Below are positions 18,947-29,464 of a stretch of 64,000 nucleotides of DNA, one piece after another. The notes under the pieces are model-generated. The model did not search any database and was not told the origin of the DNA. It was given only the letters and a program-made list of their open reading frames with translations. The translations under genes and the position numbers were made by a program. The stretch comes from a virus (taxonomy: Duplodnaviria; Caudoviricetes), in the IMG/VR virus record IMGVR_UViG_3300015607_004069, positions 32,001 through 96,000 of that record. One strand, written 5' to 3'. Within the stretch, counting starts at the first letter, position 1; every line of letters starts with the position of its first letter.

Positions 18947-20710
18947 TTACAGCGTCTGCCAGCTTGAGCCGTTAAAGAAATTCAATTCCGTCCCATTATA
19001 GTACATGTCACCGAATATCGGTGCTCGTCCGAGCAGAATTGTCAGGCGTGGTAGGACGTGTGTGGTGTAGAACGCCGGATCATTATCTGGTACTTTACTC
19101 TGATCAATGATCAAAGTCACGATCTTATGGCACAATGCACCACTATTTCCGTAGCGTTGGATGGCTGTGCTTGGGGTGATGCCGCCTTGTGCTTCCAAAT
19201 CGATCTGATTTCCTCTTCCCTGATCCTGTTCGGTAACATATCGATTGGTATCTGATGGTTCTACAGGGGCTGTTAGTCTTTCTGTGGAACCTACTAGAGC
19301 TTCGGCTTGGCCGCGAGTCGGAGTGTATTTGGGAACTCTGGAGATTCCGAAGCTGGAAATTCTGGTAGAGCTTGCATTGAAAGTGGTTTCTGCTGGTGAA
19401 CTGACAATGCTGTTGACGGCATCAAACAGGCCATCTATGGACCCACCAGAGACACCCCATATCGATGACAGCTGGACATGTCCTAGTCCGAAGCCCTGCA
19501 GATTGAGTTCGCTGGAAGTACCAGCGACTGATTTGAGGTTATCCAGTGAGTTTATGGCAACGACTTGACCAGCTATCATATCTCTGGTGAGATCGATGTA
19601 GGCGAATTCGATTGTGTCATTGCTGGGGTTATTCAGAGTAGTATTGTGAGTTGAGAAATAGAGCCGAATAGAGTCGGTCGTTCCAGTTCGTTCTATTTTA
19701 TTGATCCAGACCGGGTAGTACTCGCCACTAACATCGCCTGTAGGCTCATCGCTGGCTGGCGCTACTATATTGAATTCTCTGAATATGCCCTGTGGGATGG
19801 TGATGTCGTCTACCGATTTGCGATTGGCATTAGCGTCGAATGGGTAGTTAGTGCCTTCGATATATGACTGAATATCGGATTGAAGTGGTGGAACGCCGTT
19901 CCATGCTGAGCAGGTTAATAAGCCTGTACCATGAGTGATGACGCTGGTGGAGAAATCTCCGCTAGTGCCACCCGGCACCATATCGGCTGTCTCATATGTC
20001 GATGGGTTGAGGTACAGACCATCCGAGCCGGTTGTGGTATCGACTGGTTGTGCACAGGCTAGTAGGAATGACTGAACATCTGCTTGTGTCTGATCCAGTG
20101 TTTTGAAAGTGATGACACCTGATACTGTATTGATTTCAGCCGCATCGAGCACTGGGCTGTCGATAGTTGTGTCTTCCAGCGGGATGAGATCGACTACTTG
20201 ATAGGTCAGATTGCTTTCGATATCATAGTCAGCATAGACGAGGGCTGTTTCTGTTACGCTGTTGTCTTCTGCTCCGCTAAATATGAGTCGCAGTTTGCCT
20301 GTGAAGGTGTAGCTATCGCCATCTGTCGTAGCGGTGGTAGTGTTGACTCCACTTATTCTTTGAATTTTCCTGAGTCTTAAATTGTTCCACCGGGCTGGTA
20401 GGGAGATGTTTATATCCCAAATGAATCCGTATGGGATATTGACTATTTGGGTCCCAGCATTTAATTGGGCGGTTATGAGGAATGGGAATGTGGAGGCGTG
20501 TCCGACATTCAGGTAAAGGTTATCGAGTGCTTTGGCGATGATGAATATCTGATATTCCATGTCGCTCAAGGGACGATTCAGAACATCTGCATGAACCGGG
20601 TCGCCAACTACAAACCATCGTATTGTTACTGCTTGATTGGTAGTGATGGTTGAAAATATATTGCCGGGTGCAATCGACGGTACTAATGATGGATTGATGA
20701 TTACTGACAT
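18947..20710 (-). CDS. Putative virion structural protein
   Basis: 587 aa, T/S/D/G-rich; ADVLNRPL motif typical of tail/baseplate-associated proteins. Confidence 0.55.
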   Translation of the reverse strand: MSVIINPSLVPSIAPGNIFSTITTNQAVTIRWFVVGDPVHADVLNRPLSDMEYQIFIIAKALDNLYLNVGHASTFPFLITAQLNAGTQIVNIPYGFIWDINISLPARWNNLRLRKIQRISGVNTTTATTDGDSYTFTGKLRLIFSGAEDNSVTETALVYADYDIESNLTYQVVDLIPLEDTTIDSPVLDAAEINTVSGVITFKTLDQTQADVQSFLLACAQPVDTTTGSDGLYLNPSTYETADMVPGGTSGDFSTSVITHGTGLLTCSAWNGVPPLQSDIQSYIEGTNYPFDANANRKSVDDITIPQGIFREFNIVAPASDEPTGDVSGEYYPVWINKIERTGTTDSIRLYFSTHNTTLNNPSNDTIEFAYIDLTRDMIAGQVVAINSLDNLKSVAGTSSELNLQGFGLGHVQLSSIWGVSGGSIDGLFDAVNSIVSSPAETTFNASSTRISSFGISRVPKYTPTRGQAEALVGSTERLTAPVEPSDTNRYVTEQDQGRGNQIDLEAQGGITPSTAIQRYGNSGALCHKIVTLIIDQSKVPDNDPAFYTTHVLPRLTILLGRAPIFGDMYYNGTELNFFNGSSWQTL

Positions 20711-20824
20711 TTTGTTGGTCCTGATTTAAAGATTGCTTTCTATATATGTTTGAATATGAATGTCAAATCAGTTGAGCACTGTCTGTAAAGTTAAATAGTA
20801 GCGTTGTTTCATCGGGTGGGTTAT

Positions 20825-21922
20825 ATGGACGATTTTTATCAAAATGCCTTTAGCTCTCTAAGCACGTTCAACGATGCTCAAAACAACCTTAATGCGCTTC
20901 AGACAAACCATAAGAATGCATTGAACAATCTATGTAATGAGCTGGCTAAGGCAATCAGAGATATAATGCCAGACAAAATATCAATCGAATTATGTGGCAC
21001 CAAGCTGAAGATCTCATATTTGTCAAAATTCATATCGCTTGAGCCTGACTTAGAGAACAAACTCTGGCGAATCGAAGCATCGGGACCGCGTTTTGCAGCC
21101 AAATTCAAGCAGAAATGTGGTAATAGTTGCAATATGACCATGGCTGGGTTAAAAGATCTGGCCAAGTCGATTACTGAGTTTTTTACCGGTAACTTCAAAA
21201 CTATGAAGAAATTGATTTCTGAAACAGAAATTCATTCTTTCAGACGCAAACAACACGACACTGATTTTCCGTTTTCAGCAACTCAGAAGCTGTTGAACAA
21301 ATCTGGTAAGCCAGATGCGGTCAAGACTTCTGATAAGCCTATAGCCGGAAAAATCGAAATGCTTGGTGAACAAATGGCTGATAACAATCAATATAAGTCT
21401 GAATACGATGCAAATCAAGCTAAAGCTGCTAGCGAATATCGTAAAGACATGACTGATAGAAACACCAAGAAAAAGACTGATCGTGACGCTGCTTATGGTC
21501 GAATGAATCCTAAAAAGATCTTGGGTGAAGAAATGGCCGCTTCGGCTCAACCGGCTGATGGCCTGAAGGTTCTCAATAAGGCTATGCAGGCCACAGGTCT
21601 TCACAAGGCTCTGGCTAAGGCCAATGTGAAAAATATGCTGTCCAAAGACAGACAATCTATCGTTTTCTATGTTCCCATGGGTAATGGCCAGATTCGGCCT
21701 ATATTATCATTGTCTCTGATCAACATGATGAAGCCAAATGAGCTAGAAACGGCATTAGATAGCCTTGGCGACATTTCGAAAAATCAGGCTCCGGGCATGG
21801 GCAAGCAAGAACGTCAACGAATCAAGGACCATGAAAATGCCTTGAGGCAGGCGGCTAAGCAGTTCATCCCTCAATCTCCACAACAACCCAAGCCAATTCC
21901 ACAAGTCTTTGCTAATGTTTAA
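20825..21922 (+). CDS. Hypothetical protein, candidate internal head protein
   Basis: Long ORF with LISE, LGE and ILGEE motifs between segments. Confidence 0.55.
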   Translation: MDDFYQNAFSSLSTFNDAQNNLNALQTNHKNALNNLCNELAKAIRDIMPDKISIELCGTKLKISYLSKFISLEPDLENKLWRIEASGPRFAAKFKQKCGNSCNMTMAGLKDLAKSITEFFTGNFKTMKKLISETEIHSFRRKQHDTDFPFSATQKLLNKSGKPDAVKTSDKPIAGKIEMLGEQMADNNQYKSEYDANQAKAASEYRKDMTDRNTKKKTDRDAAYGRMNPKKILGEEMAASAQPADGLKVLNKAMQATGLHKALAKANVKNMLSKDRQSIVFYVPMGNGQIRPILSLSLINMMKPNELETALDSLGDISKNQAPGMGKQERQRIKDHENALRQAAKQFIPQSPQQPKPIPQVFANV

Positions 21923-21949
21923 TGACACCTTGCAGGACATTATCACTAG

Positions 21950-21998
21950 CGGTTATCGAGAATCACGAGTATGGGTTCTCGATAACCGAGTTTATATT
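21950..21998 (+). terminator. Hairpin/terminator
   Basis: 13-bp stem CGGTTATCGAGAA/TTCTCGATAACCG followed by an AT-rich tract. Confidence 0.55.
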
Positions 21999-22132
21999 AT
22001 GGTGCGTAACGCTGAAGGTGACACCAAGACATTTGAAATAATAAACAACGAATTATTTGCTATTAAAGAATAGTCTTCTGTCGTAGTTAAAAATAGAGTT
22101 GAACCGAAACAAAAGTGACTAGAGGTATTCAC

Positions 22133-23374
22133 ATGCGAAAGCTAATGCTAGCTATTCTGCTAGGCATGGTAGCAACCACATCATTTGCTCAAACGCCCAC
22201 TACTAACCCAGCAAATCCTGTGCCTCCACAGGTGCAACCAGCCCAGATACCACCAGATGGAGTACCCAAGAGATTTAAGGAATGGTCTAACGCCTCAAGG
22301 AATTTCAGTGGCGTTGTTGTCAAGGCGAGAGTCGGTGAATCTGAAACCAAAATGCAGGAAGTTCAGATATCTTCACCGACTGAACTGAAAGTCCCAGCCG
22401 GGACGAGCCTGACAGAACTGACCATCGACTACAAAGGTCGTGCATTGTGGTTCATCTATAATGAAGGAATCACCAGCCGATCTGGTGTGCTTGATGGCCA
22501 AAATGTCTGCATCATCAGCACTGCTGGCCTTTCCAATCTGACTATACGAGTAGCCGTCATAGGTGTAGTCAATAACGACCCGGCCTTGCTAGTTGAATAC
22601 CACGTCATTATAGGAACACCGGACAATAAGCCTCCTATTGTACCCATTGTACCTGATGTCATCAAACCACCAGACGATGTGTCGCCTGATGTCAAGCCTG
22701 ATCCTCTGCCCAACCCGGTCTTTGACGATCTGGTAGACAAGCTTCAGGACGCAGCTGATCTCGATATTCAGGCAAAGAAGATAACTGGCAACACTGTTCT
22801 TGCACTTCAGACCATTTACAGCAATGCAGGCAATAAGACTAAGATGTCTATTGTCGATTTGTATAAATGGCTTGGTGAACAGTATACCACTGCAGACAAC
22901 GCAAAGGCTTTGCTTGATAGCGGTAGGAATTTGCGAACTGCTATCAATGGCGTGTTGAGTAAAGAAATCTCGCCTTTTCATGCAAAGGGTGCGAACCTGA
23001 CTGATGCTGATTGGTCCAAGGTCAAAGCCGTTCTACGTGGGCTGTCTGATGCTTTAGGTAAAATAAAGATTGAGGGCACTTTAAGTGGTACTCTCAGTGT
23101 GGTATTTGTAAGTAATAAGGATACTATCACTATTCCAGAAGCCAAGATCAGAGCTTCTCAGACTCTCAGGACTTGGTTGACGGATAATGGATTTAAGTCC
23201 GAGTTCCTTTATCTGGAAAACAAATTCGTCAAGGATAAGATGCCGAAAATTATTGAGAAGTACAAGACACCCATGGTGATGATCATCAATGATAAAGGTC
23301 AGTATAAGGCGTTTCCGATGCCGAATACTGAAGAAGAAGTCATCAAGATGATTAAAGAAAAAACCGGTAAATAA
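22133..23374 (+). CDS. Exported protein with signal peptide and Pro-rich linker
   Basis: MRKLMLAILLGMVATTSFAQ signal peptide; GAGGT RBS; PDVIKPPDDVSPDVKPDPLP linker. Confidence 0.7.
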   Translation: MRKLMLAILLGMVATTSFAQTPTTNPANPVPPQVQPAQIPPDGVPKRFKEWSNASRNFSGVVVKARVGESETKMQEVQISSPTELKVPAGTSLTELTIDYKGRALWFIYNEGITSRSGVLDGQNVCIISTAGLSNLTIRVAVIGVVNNDPALLVEYHVIIGTPDNKPPIVPIVPDVIKPPDDVSPDVKPDPLPNPVFDDLVDKLQDAADLDIQAKKITGNTVLALQTIYSNAGNKTKMSIVDLYKWLGEQYTTADNAKALLDSGRNLRTAINGVLSKEISPFHAKGANLTDADWSKVKAVLRGLSDALGKIKIEGTLSGTLSVVFVSNKDTITIPEAKIRASQTLRTWLTDNGFKSEFLYLENKFVKDKMPKIIEKYKTPMVMIINDKGQYKAFPMPNTEEEVIKMIKEKTGK

Positions 23375-23406
23375 CCATCCATTTGTAACCACATAAGGTA
23401 AGAACA

Positions 23407-24282
23407 ATGCAACACGATATCATGACACCGGAAGGATATGCCGCGATTGCTCGTGAGATGGGCTGTGATCCCGCCTCAAATAACGTCATATCAGTTAATG
23501 GTCAACAGATGGCATGTGGCTGGTCCCCTCCGGACAGAGCCAAATTCCACTCTGTTCCGGTGTCGCCTCATAAAGTCCGAGATCGAGCTTCTTGGACTGA
23601 TCACTCTCTGGCCAATCACACGCCAGCTATCTATGACCAGAATCCACAAAGTTCATGTGTCGGCCATGGTGCCGCCACTGGCTTCGGGACGGCATGGAGT
23701 CTGGCTGGTTTCAAACCACAGCGATTTAGTCCATGCTTCGTGTATGGCTTAATCAATGGTGGGCGTGATAATGGTGCCAATGTTATTGATTCTCTGACAG
23801 TTCTTCGTGACTATGGAATCTGTCTCGAATCGACAGTCGGACCACGTGAAATCTGGCAGCAGCGATGGCCAGCCAATGCCAAGGTTGAAGCCAAACGGTT
23901 TAAGGGTATTGCCTTTAAACGCGTTGAGAATTATGATGGTATTGTTGATGCTATCCTAGGCAACAAGCCAGTTGTTCTTGGTGTGTTCATTGGCAATAAC
24001 TTCAATCCTGCCGCTGATGGTCGTCTGCCTCGCTGGGATCGTCGTCGCACTGGCGGTCATTGTATGGCTGTTTGCGAAGTGAAGCTGTTCCCCGGTGAGT
24101 CAGAACACCGCATTGGCTTGCCCAATTCATGGGGTACTTGGTTCGGTAAGGCTGGTTGGTGTTATGCTGGCCGGTCTTATGTTGATGAGCAGCTCGATTT
24201 CTTCGAGGCTTATGCTATTGAGGTCGTTGAGAACGACGCTAATAATCCTAATACACTTCCTGAACCTACTCAAGAAGCGTAA
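23407..24282 (+). CDS. Papain-like (C1) cysteine peptidase
   Basis: DQNPQSSCVGH (Gln/Cys), GGHCM (His), NSWG (Asn) catalytic motifs. Confidence 0.85.
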   Translation: MQHDIMTPEGYAAIAREMGCDPASNNVISVNGQQMACGWSPPDRAKFHSVPVSPHKVRDRASWTDHSLANHTPAIYDQNPQSSCVGHGAATGFGTAWSLAGFKPQRFSPCFVYGLINGGRDNGANVIDSLTVLRDYGICLESTVGPREIWQQRWPANAKVEAKRFKGIAFKRVENYDGIVDAILGNKPVVLGVFIGNNFNPAADGRLPRWDRRRTGGHCMAVCEVKLFPGESEHRIGLPNSWGTWFGKAGWCYAGRSYVDEQLDFFEAYAIEVVENDANNPNTLPEPTQEA

Positions 24283-24325
24283 TTGAACTCTGCTTTACGA
24301 TTGTTAACTATTTGGAGTCTCACTA

Positions 24326-24799
24326 ATGGAAGTTTCCGCTATGGCATCGACCGGTCAGCTGGTTGGTGCCCCCTCTGATGTGAAGAACATCATTGAAACA
24401 ATCATGTGGCCTTTGAGCGTTCTTTCCAAGGTGACGAATTGGGAAGCCGCCAAGAATTTTCACATTGCCCTTGGTGAACTAGTCAAATCTGATGCCTTCT
24501 TGAAGGCAGTCAGCGAGCTTATTGACTTGCTGAAGAAGAACCCGAATGCTATTTCTCAGACACCTCAATTTGTAGCTGAGGTGCCGCAATCTTTCATGGG
24601 TTCTGCTGTTTTCAATGACATCTTCCGCTGGTGTGCTGATAACAACCAGCTTGTTTCGGCTATTCCTTCATGGTTGATGATGATCTTTTCCATGATTGAT
24701 TGGAAGAAGGTTCTGGAGTTGCTTACTCAGTGGTTCGACAAGACTCCACCTGCTCCGCTTCCTCCTCCGACGACTGAGCCAGTTCTGCCGCCTGTGTAG
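24326..24799 (+). CDS. Hypothetical, amphipathic/membrane-associated protein
   Basis: GGAG RBS; amphipathic Trp-rich helices, Pro-rich tail. Confidence 0.6.
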   Translation: MEVSAMASTGQLVGAPSDVKNIIETIMWPLSVLSKVTNWEAAKNFHIALGELVKSDAFLKAVSELIDLLKKNPNAISQTPQFVAEVPQSFMGSAVFNDIFRWCADNNQLVSAIPSWLMMIFSMIDWKKVLELLTQWFDKTPPAPLPPPTTEPVLPPV

Positions 24800-24818
24800 T
24801 CTGCTCGAATTAACATTG

Positions 24819-24850
24819 TGGCCTAGCATGAAAATATGTTAGGCCATTTT
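24819..24850 (+). terminator. Putative terminator
   Basis: TGGCCTAGCAT/ATGTTAGGCCA stem followed by TTTT. Confidence 0.55.
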
Positions 24851-24878
24851 CCTAGTGACCAAGACTATCCTATAGGAG

Positions 24879-25229
24879 ATGATGATGAGAAGCCTTTTGA
24901 CGTTATTGTGCCTGTTCTGTGTTGGAATGTGTTATGCCAGTGAGGAGAATCCGGTTCCAACTGATCTGATTGTGTTTGTGGCTCAGCCAGAGGCAGTCGC
25001 TTCTGATGACTGCGCTGCTTGTCAATCTCGTCAGCAGAATGTGGCTACTAAGAATGTGGCTGCTGATAGCTGTTCGAACGGAACTTGTTCTACCAGTTCT
25101 GTTGGCAGTGTTAATATGAAGTCGGTTGGTCGTTCTGTTCGTGAGCCGAAGGTGCGCAGGGGTCTATTTGGCAGATCGTTTAGCAGGGTCCGTGGGAGTG
25201 GCTCTTGCTCAAGCGGTGGTTGCCAGTAG
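24879..25229 (+). CDS. Small exported Cys-rich protein
   Basis: AGGAG RBS; signal peptide; CAAC, SCSNGTC, RRGLFGR, SCSSGGC motifs. Confidence 0.65.
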   Translation: MMMRSLLTLLCLFCVGMCYASEENPVPTDLIVFVAQPEAVASDDCAACQSRQQNVATKNVAADSCSNGTCSTSSVGSVNMKSVGRSVREPKVRRGLFGRSFSRVRGSGSCSSGGCQ

Positions 25230-25436
25230 ATCCTTGTATCGTGCGACTTGGGCGGCTATTTTTTCATAGGCGTTGATGCCGAAATGATCTTGAATGAATT
25301 GGTCCAAATCCTTTATAGGGATTTGGACCAATTCATTTACTTTATCATGGTTGCCCATTCCGCCTAAGAAGCTGATGATTGAATTTCTGATGCTTTCTAT
25401 TTCGATATTGTGATTTGGCATGATTTTTCCTGACAA
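25209..25436 (-). CDS. Hypothetical protein
   Basis: 75-aa ORF filling the gap between convergent units. Confidence 0.45.
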   Translation of the reverse strand: MSGKIMPNHNIEIESIRNSIISFLGGMGNHDKVNELVQIPIKDLDQFIQDHFGINAYEKIAAQVARYKDLLATTA

Positions 25437-25583
25437 ATTGGTTTATTTGACTTTCTATTTATAGCACATTTTATACTGAATGATGAAAAATATATTAGGT
25501 GCATGAGCATCTGATTTCTGGAAGTCCGATCTGATATTGGCATAAGGCAACAGGCTGCATCAGATATTTTATAGGAGCAAATC

Positions 25584-25937
25584 ATGCCAATCACCAACCC
25601 TGCTGCTATTCAATTCAGTAATGAGAAGCTGCGAGTGGCGGCTAACTTGATAGCCCAGCTGGACAACTTCGCCGCCAGCATCCTGAATGAGTGGACGGCT
25701 CTGGGAGGCACAGCGCTGATCCCTAACACTTCTGATGTGTTGCGGGATGGGGCTAGTCCTACCGATGATGTTGGCACTGGTGGTGATGGTCGCCCTGTAG
25801 TGACTGGAGCCAAATTGAACAACATTATCAACCGCCTGACTGAACTGCGTGCCTCCAATGCTGCTAATGGTTTAGCGTTAGGTGTAGAGGGCGTTCGCGA
25901 CACGGTGTTACAGGTTGCCGTCGTAACGATGCGATAA
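25584..25937 (+). CDS. Putative tail-associated protein
   Basis: AGGAG RBS; first gene of the fibre module. Confidence 0.6.
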   Translation: MPITNPAAIQFSNEKLRVAANLIAQLDNFAASILNEWTALGGTALIPNTSDVLRDGASPTDDVGTGGDGRPVVTGAKLNNIINRLTELRASNAANGLALGVEGVRDTVLQVAVVTMR

Positions 25938-25971
25938 TCAACGGCGATCGGAGAAGTCGGCTTTCTCTGGC

Positions 25972-26133
25972 GTGACAAAGGCTGATCTCCGGGCGGCTTT
26001 CAATGACCTTGATACTTTTCTCAATGACAATGCGGCGGCGATTAACACGGCAATCCCACAACCACTGACAACTGAACAGAAAGCCCGATTGCTGATGGAA
26101 GTCGTTCGTCGTCGTTACTTAACAGGAGCTTAA
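25972..26133 (+). CDS. Short ORF absent from the ORF track (53 aa), possibly an N-terminally truncated gene
   Basis: VTKADLRAAFNDLDTFLNDNAAAINTAIPQPLTTEQKARLLMEVVRRRYLTGA fills the gap in the operon and ends over the next gene's AGGAG RBS. Confidence 0.45.
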   Translation: MTKADLRAAFNDLDTFLNDNAAAINTAIPQPLTTEQKARLLMEVVRRRYLTGA

Positions 26134-26136
26134 CCA

Positions 26137-26640
26137 GTGGCAACAGTCTATCGAGAAATTGATATCTGGTCTGATGTTCCCCCTGCGTCTAACTTTCCAA
26201 CGAAAGATGTATTCAGTGGTACGAACTTTCCGGTGAAGGTGCTGGCATTTGATGCTGCTACAGAGGAGACGACTTACTACTTCTTTCAAATGCCGGTCTA
26301 TGGCAGCGGGAACATTACTTGCAAGGTGCAATGGTACGGAGACACAGCGTCGAGCGGCGATACTATTTGGGGAGCTGCGCTAGCTGCGATTACGCCGAAC
26401 ACAGACACGCAAGATATTGAAACCAAGGCATTTGCTGCTGCTCAGACTGTAACAGATTCGCATTTGGGCACGACTAACCAGCGGCTTCATGAGGCTGTTA
26501 TAACAATCGGCAATCTTGATAGCGTAGCGGCTGGTGATTGGTGCTGTTTGAAGCTCTATCGTGATGCAGATGCAGGTGGCGACACGATGGCTGGTGATGC
26601 GTTGCTTGCTGGGCTGCTTCTGTCGTGGAGCGATACATAA
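26137..26640 (+). CDS. Putative tail/virion beta-sandwich protein
   Basis: 167 aa within the fibre operon. Confidence 0.55.
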   Translation: MATVYREIDIWSDVPPASNFPTKDVFSGTNFPVKVLAFDAATEETTYYFFQMPVYGSGNITCKVQWYGDTASSGDTIWGAALAAITPNTDTQDIETKAFAAAQTVTDSHLGTTNQRLHEAVITIGNLDSVAAGDWCCLKLYRDADAGGDTMAGDALLAGLLLSWSDT

Positions 26641-26641
26641 T

Positions 26642-29464
26642 ATGGCGCGAGATTTCACAGGCACAGGGTCGCAAATTGCAGTAAACTCCACAGGATCGAC
26701 TTGGGGTGCTGCAGTTAATGGTGCTTCTGCTGTTTCTATCGCAGTATGGGCCAACCTAGATGCGATTACATCAGGAGCTAACGACAATCGCCTTATGTCC
26801 GCGATTATAGGGAGTTCTCTTACCGGGTTGACCTTTGCTGTAAACGGAACGGGTGCAACGAAAGTTTTGCGTGTAGGAGGACGTAGCGTTAGTGGTGATG
26901 GGTTTCAATTTCGAGATGCTACTAGCAACTTTTCGCTCTCCGCTTGGCACCATTGCGGAGGCGTGCTTAACTTCGGTGCTGACACAATTACCCCGTATTT
27001 TAACGGGGTTGCTGAAAATAGTGGAGCGGCAACTTTTGCCAATGCAGTCTATACTAGCTCCTATATAGCCGGAGGCGACTATATAGGAGCTGCTGTTGAT
27101 GGCTCCGCGTCAGTAAATGGCAGACTCGCTGAATTAGCGATCTGGAACGTGGACATTGGGGCAGAGGGGTTTGCATTACTCGCTAAAGGCGTAAGTCCTC
27201 TCAGCATCAGACCAGAGGCACTCGTATCTTATTACCGGTTGCTAGGGGCGTATTCAACAGAGCATGACGAAATCACCGGAAGAGCGTCAACGGTTACGAA
27301 CGCCACCAAAGCAGCCCATCCACGCATCACCTACCCGCTGCGCAGCGGGTCGATTCCGATTGCGATATCCACAGCTTTGACGAATAACCTTATCAGCTAT
27401 TGGAAATTAGACGAAGCGAGTGGAACGCGATACGACTCACACGGCACTAATGATCTCGCAGACAATGGTACCGTTACTAGTGCTACAGGGAAGCTCGGAG
27501 CTGCTGGTGATTTTGAAGTTGATAATATAGAGTATTTAAGCATAGCCAGCAATAGCTCTCTTAATACTGGAGATATTGATTTTACATTTTCCGCTTGGGT
27601 AAGACTTGAGTCTAAAGGTGCTAACAGGTTTATAATTGCAAAGGATCATATAACGTCAGGCCAGAGAGAGTACGCTTTATATTATTCTAGTGTTGCGGAT
27701 AGATTCAGATTTGAATTGCATTCAGCTACAGACTCTGCTACTAACGTAACTGCGAATGCTCTAGGCTCTCCAGCTTTATCAACTTGGTATTTCATAGTCG
27801 CTTGGTACGATTCCGCAGCGGATATGATGTATATCCAAGTAAATAACGGCACTGTCAACAGCGCCGCAAAAGGCACATTGCAAGCTGGTAGTTCGGCAGA
27901 ATTTAGAATAGGCGCTAGACAATATACTGGCCTTGTCCAACCATTCGATGGGTTGATTGATGAAGTTGGTTTCTGGAAGCGTGTCCTCACCAGCGATGAG
28001 CGAACGCAGCTTTACAACAGCGGCAGTGCGCTGCCTTACCCATTTGATGGAAGTTTGCCGCCTTATACTTCGGGTTGGGCAGACTTTTATATGAGGGACA
28101 CAGGCAGCAATTTGAACAGCGGCAGCACCACAAGTACTACCGCTACGCATACTTACGCTAGTGGCAATCTAACGGCACCGCCACCTCCGACACCACTTAC
28201 CTTTACTGTGGCCAGTGGCGATCCGGTAGCCGATGGAGTTGATATAGGGGATTGGGCATCTGTCTATCCAGATGGTAATACCGTAACTCCATTCATCGGC
28301 AAAGTGATCGCAAGAACCCGCACCACGATTTCAATAGATCAGACAAATGACAAGTTTGGATCGCCTCCTACTGGTGGTACTGGAAATCGCACCTTGAAGA
28401 TCGGCGGGGCTTGGGAAGACTTTGAGCTGTGTGCCGCTGGAGGGGCACTCAATAACCAGACCGTGACGCAGTCCACACGAATTAACATCAATAACGGGGA
28501 CTACTATCCGTCTGGAGACAGAACGCTGGGATTAGTGGGCACTACGACCTACAAGGTCTGGTGGAGAGGGTATTGGCCGCTTGTTGAAGGGGAGATGGAT
28601 AACCCCTTAGCTATTACGGGACCAGCAATATATCAAAGCGCTTATAAAATAACATTCAATACCAGAAATATTATTTCAAATATTCAATTCTACTCGTTTG
28701 ATACATCTGTTTTGACTCAGACGGGAGATCATTGCGTAATTAATGACTGTGCTTTCTACACAGACGGTTCGGGTGCCACGACCAAGTTAGTCGTTCACTC
28801 TTCCACGACGAAAGTACGATTTATTTCATGCTGGTTCTACTGCTTCGGTAGTTCGGTAAATCCATTTGATATTTCTAACACGCCTCCTGATTTTATCGGA
28901 TGTGATTTTGATTGTGAGGCGGCTAATTGCATTGAAACAACTGGTGGTCTTTTTTACCGATGTCGTTTTGTACGACCGGCTTCTTACGGGATCAAAACAG
29001 CCACTGGGTCATTACAAGTTGTTCATTGCACTTTTTATAAATGCGGCTCCGATTCTATTCGATGGACTAGTACCCCAGGAGCATCCATTATCGCGAATAA
29101 TATGTTTGTGCTAAGCGGTGGGTATGACATTAATAACGCTAGCGGTGCCAGCAGCACAAGTGTCTTAATGGGCGGTAATACGTCCTACTCTGCTACCAGT
29201 GGACACACCAGCAAGATCAATGGTGCCACCAGTGGTGATCACTTTATACCTCAAAAGGTGGACAGCGTTTTTCCCTACATCGCCTCTTTGCCGGAATCCA
29301 TGGGCGCTGACTACCGCCTGAAAGGTGTTGCTAAGGCGCTAGATTCTTCCATTCCTAAAGTCGCTGGTTGGGCTGGTACCTTAGGGCCTAGAGACTCAGG
29401 CCATATTCAACGGAGAGTAAGACGAGCCATCAAGCCTCGCGGTATGAGAGGAGGCTTGGTGTAA
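26642..29464 (+). CDS. Tail fibre/receptor-binding protein: two LamG (ConA-like) domains + beta-helix module
   Basis: WHHCGGV..NGRLAELAIWN and LISYWKLDE..FDGLIDEVGFWKRVLT (LamG); C-terminal Cys-laddered repeats (NDCAFY, ISCWFY, IGCDF, HCTFY). Confidence 0.75.
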   Translation: MARDFTGTGSQIAVNSTGSTWGAAVNGASAVSIAVWANLDAITSGANDNRLMSAIIGSSLTGLTFAVNGTGATKVLRVGGRSVSGDGFQFRDATSNFSLSAWHHCGGVLNFGADTITPYFNGVAENSGAATFANAVYTSSYIAGGDYIGAAVDGSASVNGRLAELAIWNVDIGAEGFALLAKGVSPLSIRPEALVSYYRLLGAYSTEHDEITGRASTVTNATKAAHPRITYPLRSGSIPIAISTALTNNLISYWKLDEASGTRYDSHGTNDLADNGTVTSATGKLGAAGDFEVDNIEYLSIASNSSLNTGDIDFTFSAWVRLESKGANRFIIAKDHITSGQREYALYYSSVADRFRFELHSATDSATNVTANALGSPALSTWYFIVAWYDSAADMMYIQVNNGTVNSAAKGTLQAGSSAEFRIGARQYTGLVQPFDGLIDEVGFWKRVLTSDERTQLYNSGSALPYPFDGSLPPYTSGWADFYMRDTGSNLNSGSTTSTTATHTYASGNLTAPPPPTPLTFTVASGDPVADGVDIGDWASVYPDGNTVTPFIGKVIARTRTTISIDQTNDKFGSPPTGGTGNRTLKIGGAWEDFELCAAGGALNNQTVTQSTRININNGDYYPSGDRTLGLVGTTTYKVWWRGYWPLVEGEMDNPLAITGPAIYQSAYKITFNTRNIISNIQFYSFDTSVLTQTGDHCVINDCAFYTDGSGATTKLVVHSSTTKVRFISCWFYCFGSSVNPFDISNTPPDFIGCDFDCEAANCIETTGGLFYRCRFVRPASYGIKTATGSLQVVHCTFYKCGSDSIRWTSTPGASIIANNMFVLSGGYDINNASGASSTSVLMGGNTSYSATSGHTSKINGATSGDHFIPQKVDSVFPYIASLPESMGADYRLKGVAKALDSSIPKVAGWAGTLGPRDSGHIQRRVRRAIKPRGMRGGLV

